A DNA stretch of 33,146 nucleotides, taken from Candidatus Aminicenantales bacterium. GTDB lineage: Bacteria; Acidobacteriota; Aminicenantia; Aminicenantales; UBA4085. The DNA lies in the NCBI GenBank assembly GCA_049515535.1, contig JBEKTZ010000004.1:265462-298607 (forward strand), given 5' to 3'. Positions 8,373 through 14,954 of the stretch are shown piece after piece. The notes beneath the pieces were generated by a model that was not told where the DNA came from, searched no databases, and worked only from the letters and a program-made list of their open reading frames with translations. Numbering within the stretch: position 1 is the first letter of the stretch; every line of letters starts with the position of its first letter. The position numbers were made by a program, and so were the translations under genes.

Positions 8373-9956
8373 CTATTCTTCAATCAATCCCTTCGGAGCG
8401 AATGATCCACCCGTCCGGGGAGCCGGATCGCCCGGTTGAGAAAGTCCTGTTCTTTCGTAGAGCGCCCAATCCGCGTCGTTCCCGATCCTGAATATTTTGA
8501 GGATGCGATATTCCAGGCCGTTGATCTTCAGGAGCGGCGGCCTTCCCGGTCCCGTGCGAAAGATCTCGCGAATCCGGCGTAAGTCTTCGAGGTAATAATC
8601 CGGGTTCATCCCGAGCCATATCTTTTCGAGCGCGGGATCGCGCGGATCATCAAAGGGACGCCAGGGGTCCCTTGGGAGGCGGGCCACGGCGGGGTCGGTC
8701 AATCCGAATTTGTAATCGAAGATCCTTTTTCTCGAAAAATATCCGATCGCGCCGATCCGGCCCGTGGCGATCATCGCCTTTTCCGGCAAATGATCGCGCA
8801 TCCAGAGCGAGGGCTCGACGAGGGCCGCGCTGGTCAGGACATAGCCCGGATATTCTCCGATCTGTTCAGGCAAAAGAACGTAGACGATCCGCGCGGCGCC
8901 GATCAAAACGATCGACCCGCAAAGCACCGGGACGACCGTCCGGAGAACAGCGCCTGGTTTCTTTAAGAACGCGGACAGCTTTTTCACCAGATCGGCGAAA
9001 CCATAAATCAGGAGCAGCATGGCGAGCGGAACGTAAGGGGCGAAATATCTTCCCATCCCGGTCCAATCCGGATTCGCGTAAACGGCAAAGAGGATTCCCG
9101 TCGTCAGCGCGGCCAGCAGAAAGAACGCACTTTTCCCGTTCCTCCGCCGAATGACGCTGAACCCGGCAGCCCAGACCGGAAGCGCTAAGAAGCCAATGAA
9201 GGGCAGGGGGATATTGGGATTCGTTCCCTTTAGAAAACGGAGCGCGTTGTTTCCGATCGCTTTCCATGCCGTGGATTTCGCGTAAAACGTATTCGGCAGG
9301 AATGATCCGAAATAGAATTTCCTCGCGAGCGTGAAGAGAAGGACCATCGAGACAAAGAGCAGGAGCGACGGCGCGCACGTTTTCCACTTCTCCGTGTTCA
9401 ATCCGTTCCAGAACACAAGGGCCAAAGGGAAGATCGCAGCGCACTCGGGCCGGACCAGGAACATGAGCGCCGTCAGGATAGCCAGAACGGGCAGGCTTCG
9501 TTCGCGCTCGGCAAGGATGATCAGAGCGACGAGACCAAAGGCCAGGAGCGGTGTTTCCATCCCGCTCATGGAGAAGACGGCGAAATTGAGATCGAGCGCG
9601 ATGAGGAGGGGCAGGAAGAAGAGCGGATATCGGTTGTCTTGATCCCGGGAGGCGTGCGAAGCGATTCTCAGCGTTGCCGCCAATGTCGCCAGGACGAGCA
9701 GAACGGACAGGATTTTTGCCGCCAGCGTGACCGGAACGATCCGGGCGAACGGCCATAAGAACAACAGCCAGCCGATGTTGGTCACGCCTTCGATTCGATC
9801 GGGAGGGTTGAAGACGAAACCTTGTCCATGAACGGCGTTGTCGATATAGCGAAAGCCGATATACGCGTCGTCGATGAAATAATGCCGCATGGCGACGGAT
9901 AGGACGAGAACGACGACGAAAGCGGCGGCAATGCCTGCGAAGTCTTTCCGGCTCAA
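8373..9956 (-). CDS. Polytopic membrane protein, GT-C-like (AftB/PMT-like) glycosyltransferase
   Basis: DDAYIGFRY after the first TM helix, EGVTN, GMETPL, RPE, PNTFYAK, DW..GRYFAP and IG.IGY...D..GLTDP; many TM segments. AAGGAG RBS before TTG. Confidence 0.7.
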   Translation of the reverse strand: MSRKDFAGIAAAFVVVLVLSVAMRHYFIDDAYIGFRYIDNAVHGQGFVFNPPDRIEGVTNIGWLLFLWPFARIVPVTLAAKILSVLLVLATLAATLRIASHASRDQDNRYPLFFLPLLIALDLNFAVFSMSGMETPLLAFGLVALIILAERERSLPVLAILTALMFLVRPECAAIFPLALVFWNGLNTEKWKTCAPSLLLFVSMVLLFTLARKFYFGSFLPNTFYAKSTAWKAIGNNALRFLKGTNPNIPLPFIGFLALPVWAAGFSVIRRRNGKSAFFLLAALTTGILFAVYANPDWTGMGRYFAPYVPLAMLLLIYGFADLVKKLSAFLKKPGAVLRTVVPVLCGSIVLIGAARIVYVLLPEQIGEYPGYVLTSAALVEPSLWMRDHLPEKAMIATGRIGAIGYFSRKRIFDYKFGLTDPAVARLPRDPWRPFDDPRDPALEKIWLGMNPDYYLEDLRRIREIFRTGPGRPPLLKINGLEYRILKIFRIGNDADWALYERTGLSQPGDPAPRTGGSFAPKGLIEE

Positions 9957-10071
9957 TGTTCTCCTTTAATAAAAAAAGACGGTGGGAATTCGACATCCAG
10001 GTTGAAAGCCGGGAAGGCCGGGAATCCGTTCATTGGATCATTCCTCCCGCGCGGAAGGCGGGCAGAAATTT

Positions 10072-10099
10072 ATCATATACAAACAGAAAAGGAAGTCAA
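10072..10099 (-). promoter_or_regulatory. Putative sigma70 promoter for the GT-C/asparaginase unit
   Basis: Minus strand TTGACT (10099-10094)-N16-TATGAT (10077-10072). Confidence 0.5.
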
Positions 10100-10225
10100 T
10101 TTGGATCCCTCTGACGAGCGGTTTCACGTGGCTGGCCAGGCAAGACCCGCTCGTCGTCAAATTGGAGAGGGAACCTGCTTCGCCCTTCCGCGGACGCGGT
10201 CGGGCGCTTCCCGTATCGCGGCCTT

Positions 10226-11554
10226 TTATGACGTCACGCGGATGGTCGAGCTGCTTCCGAAGCGCGGATTGACGACATTGCTTGAGGTCGAGCCGAACGT
10301 ATAGCTGAGGCCGATCGAGAAATAATAGTTGAAGGTCGTTTCGAGCTGCCGCCTCTGCAATAAGACTTCTTCCTTGGTCAATTCGCCTTTCTGGAGATAA
10401 AGCTGGTCATGGATCCGGCTTCCGCTGCCGTAAACGTTCAAATTCAGCCCTTTGATGATCCGGAAAGAAATCTCGGTCGAGAGATCGATCCGGTTGAACT
10501 TCAAATCACTAAAATAATGGGAACCTGCGAGCGTCGAGCTGATCGTCCCCCAGGGTTGTTTGAGTTCCAGGGTCACGCTCAGCCCCTCCTTGACCAAGAT
10601 TTCCTTCATTTTATCATAGATCGTTTCCAACCGGTATTTCATGGAATCGAGGCCGAGGTAATACATGAACCGCAGTTGCTTTTTCGTTGATTCCGAGTAG
10701 GGAAACAAATCGTATTCGATGGCCGGGGCCAGGCTCATCTTGAGGTCTATGTTCGTATAGGTCGAGGAAGAAGCGGCCAGCGTCGTCCCGATCGACCAAT
10801 GATCGTCCAAACTCTTCACGACCAGACCGTTCAGGTATCGGCTGTCCGAGACGCTTTCATAGGAGTATGAGTTTCCGTCCGAGTCGCTGTAAGAATAGCA
10901 GTTTTTATAATGCGACGCGCTCAGAGAGAAGCGGATCTTCCATTCCGGCGTGACCCGGTTGGCCGAGAAGCTTCCGTCGAGCTCCTGCATCTTATAGGAC
11001 GCCTCGGCCTCGATGAAGGTGTCGACATTGAAGCTGAAGACCCAGAAGTCCCATTGATCGATGACGGATGTCGGTTTGACCTGATCTAAAAATGCGATAT
11101 TGACCCGGTCGGCGACGGGCGTTTTGGAGACATACCTCAGCAGCCCCATTTTCAAGACATTGATCAACCCTTTTTGGACGTCCTCGGGCTTTTGGGACGG
11201 ATCGGCCGTGTAGCGAAGGAGATTGTCAACGCCCGAGAATTCCCGGCGGCCTGTCAGGGCGATGGTGAATTCCTCACCGTGGTCCGTCTTTTGTGACGTG
11301 ATTTCGACGAGGATCTGCGCCTCGGCTTCGCCCTCGACATATTGAACATAGGCAATGTCTTTCCGGAGAGCCGCAGAATCAAGGCTGGATTTCATGAAGA
11401 CCTTCGGCGCGTTCGGCTTCGCCTCTTGCTTGGCGCCCTGGCTGGGCGTTTGAGCGAAGCCGGGTATGATAAAGGCCTGAAAAAGAAAGGTGAATAATAC
11501 AGCGGCCAAGATCTGAAATCGGAATTTCTTTGGCATGGGTTCATTTTTTCGCAC
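10226..11554 (-). CDS. Hypothetical exported protein, probable outer-membrane beta-barrel (paralog 2)
   Basis: Signal peptide; alternating aromatic beta-strands; near-terminal GLSYTFGS...NVVNPRF. Clearly homologous to 11565-12860. AGGAG RBS before GTG. Confidence 0.8.
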   Translation of the reverse strand: MRKNEPMPKKFRFQILAAVLFTFLFQAFIIPGFAQTPSQGAKQEAKPNAPKVFMKSSLDSAALRKDIAYVQYVEGEAEAQILVEITSQKTDHGEEFTIALTGRREFSGVDNLLRYTADPSQKPEDVQKGLINVLKMGLLRYVSKTPVADRVNIAFLDQVKPTSVIDQWDFWVFSFNVDTFIEAEASYKMQELDGSFSANRVTPEWKIRFSLSASHYKNCYSYSDSDGNSYSYESVSDSRYLNGLVVKSLDDHWSIGTTLAASSSTYTNIDLKMSLAPAIEYDLFPYSESTKKQLRFMYYLGLDSMKYRLETIYDKMKEILVKEGLSVTLELKQPWGTISSTLAGSHYFSDLKFNRIDLSTEISFRIIKGLNLNVYGSGSRIHDQLYLQKGELTKEEVLLQRRQLETTFNYYFSIGLSYTFGSTSSNVVNPRFGSSSTIRVTS

Positions 11555-11564
11555 GCCGGTACTC

Positions 11565-12860
11565 CTAATTGATGATGATGATCCCGCTGCTCCCCGTGGA
11601 GGAACCGAAACGAGGATTCACGACATTTGTGTAGATCGAGCCGAATGTATAGCTCAGCCCGAACATCAAATAATAGCTATAGGATGTCTCCAATTGCCTC
11701 CGCTGGAGGATGACGTCTTCCAGCGTGAGGTCGCCTTTGACGAGCGCGAGCTGATCGTGGATCCGAGAGCCGCCTGCATAAACGGATGCATTCAGACCTT
11801 TCAAGATATTGAACTGGATCGTCGCGTTCAAATCCAGATAATTCTTGCTGAAGTCGTGAAAATAATGGGATCCGGTCAGCTGGGCCGAGATGCTCCCCCA
11901 CTTCTCCTTGACCGTCAAGCTAATGGCCAATGATTCCTTCAAGAGATTTTCCTGGGTCTTGAAGTAGATCGTTTCCTGCCGATAGCGCGTCATGCTGAAC
12001 GCGGCCCAATAGAGGAAGCGCAGCTGCCGCCGCGTGGATTGGGAATAGGGAAAAACATCGAACTCGACGGCCGGCGCGGGACTGACATTCAGCTGGATGT
12101 TCGAGTACGTCGAGGATGACGCGTTCAGAAATCCACCGACCGACCAGTGCTCGTCGAGGCTTTTGACCACGAGGCCGCTGAAACTGTAGCTCTCGCGGTC
12201 GTTGTCGATGATTTCGCCGCTGTAATCATAGCGGCTGTAGTAATAGTTGGCGGACAAGCCCAGCTTGATTTTGATGTCGGGCGTGACGCGGTTGGCCGAG
12301 AAATTTCCGGTTATGGATTGGTATCGATAGGATTTTTCCCCGTAGAAATAGCCGTTCGCGCTGAGGCTGAAAACCCAGGATTTCCATTTGTCCGCGACAG
12401 CCTGGAGGCCTTGCTCTTCGGTATATGACACGGCGATCCGGCTCGCGATCGGCGTCTTGGCGACATAAGCCATCAGCCCCATCTTGATCGTTTTGACGAG
12501 CCCTTTCCGCGTCTCGTCATCGGTGTCCGTCGTCTTGGAGAAGTATTTGAGGGTGTCGTCCAAATCCGAGAATCCGTTTTGGCCGGAAAAAGCGAGCGTA
12601 TATTCGACTCCCCCGCTGCCGGTGGCTTGGGTCGTGATCAGGATATGGACTTCGGCCTCCTTGCGATCTCGGACATAGTTCACGAAGGTGATCTCGGTCT
12701 TGATATACTCAATATCGCACCAGCCGCAATCAATGAACACCTTGGGCGCGCTCTTCTTCAGCGTTTCGATATCCGCTTGAGCGCTTTGGGAAAAAGCCGA
12801 GCCGACGAATAAAAAAAAGGCGAGGATCAATAGCGCGAAACGGGACTGCGTGATCTTCAT
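11565..12860 (-). CDS. Hypothetical exported protein, probable outer-membrane beta-barrel with N-terminal CxxC domain (paralog 1)
   Basis: Signal peptide (SAFS/Q); VFIDCGWCD; Tyr/Ser-rich amphipathic strands; GLSYTFGSIYTNVVNPRF. AAGGAG RBS. Confidence 0.82.
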   Translation of the reverse strand: MKITQSRFALLILAFFLFVGSAFSQSAQADIETLKKSAPKVFIDCGWCDIEYIKTEITFVNYVRDRKEAEVHILITTQATGSGGVEYTLAFSGQNGFSDLDDTLKYFSKTTDTDDETRKGLVKTIKMGLMAYVAKTPIASRIAVSYTEEQGLQAVADKWKSWVFSLSANGYFYGEKSYRYQSITGNFSANRVTPDIKIKLGLSANYYYSRYDYSGEIIDNDRESYSFSGLVVKSLDEHWSVGGFLNASSSTYSNIQLNVSPAPAVEFDVFPYSQSTRRQLRFLYWAAFSMTRYRQETIYFKTQENLLKESLAISLTVKEKWGSISAQLTGSHYFHDFSKNYLDLNATIQFNILKGLNASVYAGGSRIHDQLALVKGDLTLEDVILQRRQLETSYSYYLMFGLSYTFGSIYTNVVNPRFGSSTGSSGIIIIN

Positions 12861-12953
12861 CGCGAATGACTCCTTAAATATTTACATGGACCGTAAAAGA
12901 AGTTGACAACGGTTTCCCGAAGCCTCGAATCCCTGAAAACACAGATACAAAAC

Positions 12954-12970
12954 AGCAAGTTTCATGCCTA
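12954..12970 (-). promoter_or_regulatory. Putative sigma54 (-24/-12) promoter for the OMP paralog pair
   Basis: Minus strand TAGGCATGAAACTTGCT matches TGGCACG-N4-TTGCW with exact GG-N10-GC spacing, about 95 bp upstream of ATG 12860. Confidence 0.7.
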
Positions 12971-13065
12971 ATCCAAAGCGCCGCCGGGAAGATCCGCTCG
13001 ATATTAATACGCTGCTCGACGCGAAAAGGTTACTCTTTCCCGAATCATGGCCTTTGAGGTTTCCG

Positions 13066-13094
13066 TTGTTCCTGGGTGATGATTCGTGTATCAT
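13066..13094 (+). promoter_or_regulatory. Putative sigma70 promoter for the kinase-comA pair
   Basis: TTGTTC (13066-13071)-N17-TATCAT (13089-13094). Confidence 0.4.
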
Positions 13095-13113
13095 GAATCC
13101 TCTTTACAGAGAT

Positions 13114-14112
13114 ATGATGAGATATCGGACAGGCGTTCAGATCCTCGCCGCGACGATCGCAATCGAGGCCGACAGCCCGGATATCCTCCCCCGCTTTCCG
13201 CTCAAAGTCGAGGTTCCGTCGCTTCTCACCGATTTCCGAAACGTTGTTGAAATTCCTTTTTCTGGAACATCGGATGGGCGCATCGTCATTGAAAATACCC
13301 GATCCCAATCGGTGGAATATTCGTTTTCGGGCGGAACCGCTTTCTTCCGCGGCCCTTTTTGCGCTCTCGAGAAAAAAGCGTCCGACATCCGCTACAGTCT
13401 GTGGGGCAACCAGGGACTTCTCTACCGGTTCGCCCTTCATCTTTTGGAAGCGCGCCACGGCCTGTTCAGCTTCCATGCCGCCGGTCTTTTTGACGAACGA
13501 AATCGCCGCTTGTATGTAATAGCCGGGGGCGCCGGCAGCGGCAAAACCGTCTACCTCTTGAGCGGTATCGCGAACGGGCTCAAGCTTTTTTCGACCGAAA
13601 CCGTCCATTTCGGATTCACGAAAAAAGGCCTGACCTGGTTCATGGGTTCGCTCGTGGACAATATCCGGCTGGGCACGCTGATCCACGATTTCCCTCGATT
13701 CTGCCCCGAGGGCATGGCCGGAGAGTCCGAAAACGAAATCTGGCGGAAAAAGATCGCTCTCGATCTGACGGCCCATCAAACAGCCCGGGAATCCATCCTC
13801 AAACCCAGGGTGGTTCTGATCTTCCCTCACATCGAGAAAAGACGCTCGGGAATCGTCGTCGCGGGCATGAGTGACGCCCGAACCTCGGCCAAGGCCGTCT
13901 TCGACAATCTGTCGCAGAAAATCGCCGAGACGGTCGTCCTTTATGACCGGCTTCCGGTGCCGGGCTTTGACAGCGCCTCTCTCGCGCTGGGCCGCCTCAA
14001 GGCGTCTGCCTCGCTCGTCCGGCACAAATCGATCGAACGGATCGTGTCCGTTCACTCCAACCCTGCCGAATGCTGGGGAAATTTCTTGAAGGATAAGGAG
14101 GCATGCCCTTGA
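13114..14112 (+). CDS. Hypothetical HPr-kinase/PEPCK-like P-loop protein
   Basis: FHAAG followed by YVIAGGAGSGKT (Walker A), then G.KLFSTET at the position of the HPrK 'DD' motif. The start is uncertain (13093, 13114 or 13117); the ORF-track start at 12964 lies inside the divergent promoter region. Confidence 0.65.
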   Translation: MMRYRTGVQILAATIAIEADSPDILPRFPLKVEVPSLLTDFRNVVEIPFSGTSDGRIVIENTRSQSVEYSFSGGTAFFRGPFCALEKKASDIRYSLWGNQGLLYRFALHLLEARHGLFSFHAAGLFDERNRRLYVIAGGAGSGKTVYLLSGIANGLKLFSTETVHFGFTKKGLTWFMGSLVDNIRLGTLIHDFPRFCPEGMAGESENEIWRKKIALDLTAHQTARESILKPRVVLIFPHIEKRRSGIVVAGMSDARTSAKAVFDNLSQKIAETVVLYDRLPVPGFDSASLALGRLKASASLVRHKSIERIVSVHSNPAECWGNFLKDKEACP

Positions 14113-14942
14113 TCAGAAAAAGAAAAGATTCAAAGGCCGTTTCTCAAAAAGCGTGGGAAGGCGTCATCCGGATGCCGGTCGACGGCCGGAGCCGGCGGCC
14201 CCGGACGACGGGCTTGACCATGGTCATCGACAAGAACGTCGGGCTCCATCAGCTCGATGATCTGCTGGCCGTCGCCGCGGATTATATCGATGTGATCAAA
14301 TTGACCTTCGGAACATCAGCGTTCTATGACCGGAAACTCTTGAAGGAAAAAAACGAGAGAATTGCCTCGCGCGGAATCGAGATCATGCCCGGCGGAACGT
14401 TTCTCGAAGTCGCGGTCTGGCAAGACGTGGTCGATCGTTATCTGGATCGGGCCAAAGAGTTGGGCTTCACGACGATCGAGGTCTCGGACGGGACGATAAC
14501 CATCGACCGGAATACGCGCGCCGATGTCATCAAACGAAGTCTCGACAAAGGATTTAACGTCATCACCGAGGTCGGAAAAAAGGACCCGCAGGATGTGGTT
14601 CCCATCGCTCTCGTCCATCAATTGATCGGAGAAGACGTCGAACACGGCGCTTTCAAGGTCATCATCGAAGCGCGGGAAGCCGGAAAAGGCGTCGGCATCT
14701 TCGACCGGGACGGCCGGACCCGCATAGATGAAATGGAAAACATCATCGCCGGCGTGGCCGATGCCGATGTTTTGATCTGGGAAGCGCCTCTCAAGAACCA
14801 ACAGCAGGATCTCATTCTGAGGTTCGGCCCGAACGTCAACCTCGGCAATATCGCGCCCGAGGAGATCCTGGCTTTAGAAGCCTTACGACAAGGCGTCCGG
14901 GGCGACACACTCAAAAAGGCCTATCTGGACAGCCGGAAATAG
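14103..14942 (+). CDS. comA: Phosphosulfolactate synthase ComA family protein
   Basis: GLTMVIDK, IDVIKLTFGTS, GGTFLE, IEVSDG, EVGKK, EARE.G, WEAP.K.QQ, FGPNVNLGNI and LEALRQGVRGDT. AAGGAGG RBS; overlaps the upstream gene by 10 bp. Confidence 0.93.
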   Translation: MPLIRKRKDSKAVSQKAWEGVIRMPVDGRSRRPRTTGLTMVIDKNVGLHQLDDLLAVAADYIDVIKLTFGTSAFYDRKLLKEKNERIASRGIEIMPGGTFLEVAVWQDVVDRYLDRAKELGFTTIEVSDGTITIDRNTRADVIKRSLDKGFNVITEVGKKDPQDVVPIALVHQLIGEDVEHGAFKVIIEAREAGKGVGIFDRDGRTRIDEMENIIAGVADADVLIWEAPLKNQQQDLILRFGPNVNLGNIAPEEILALEALRQGVRGDTLKKAYLDSRK

Positions 14943-14954
14943 AGGCCATCGGTT

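Noticed and set aside
12964..13113. N-terminal extension of the kinase-like ORF, and similar extended starts at 2758, 5099, 8383, 24261, 27350 and 32951
   Set aside because: These extensions overlap promoters or neighbouring genes. Downstream starts fit better with RBS position, gene overlaps and family N-termini.
14103..14942. Coenzyme M biosynthesis or methanogenesis inferred from comA
   Set aside because: No comB-E or CoM-dependent enzymes are in the window, and ComA homologs occur widely in organisms that do not make CoM.
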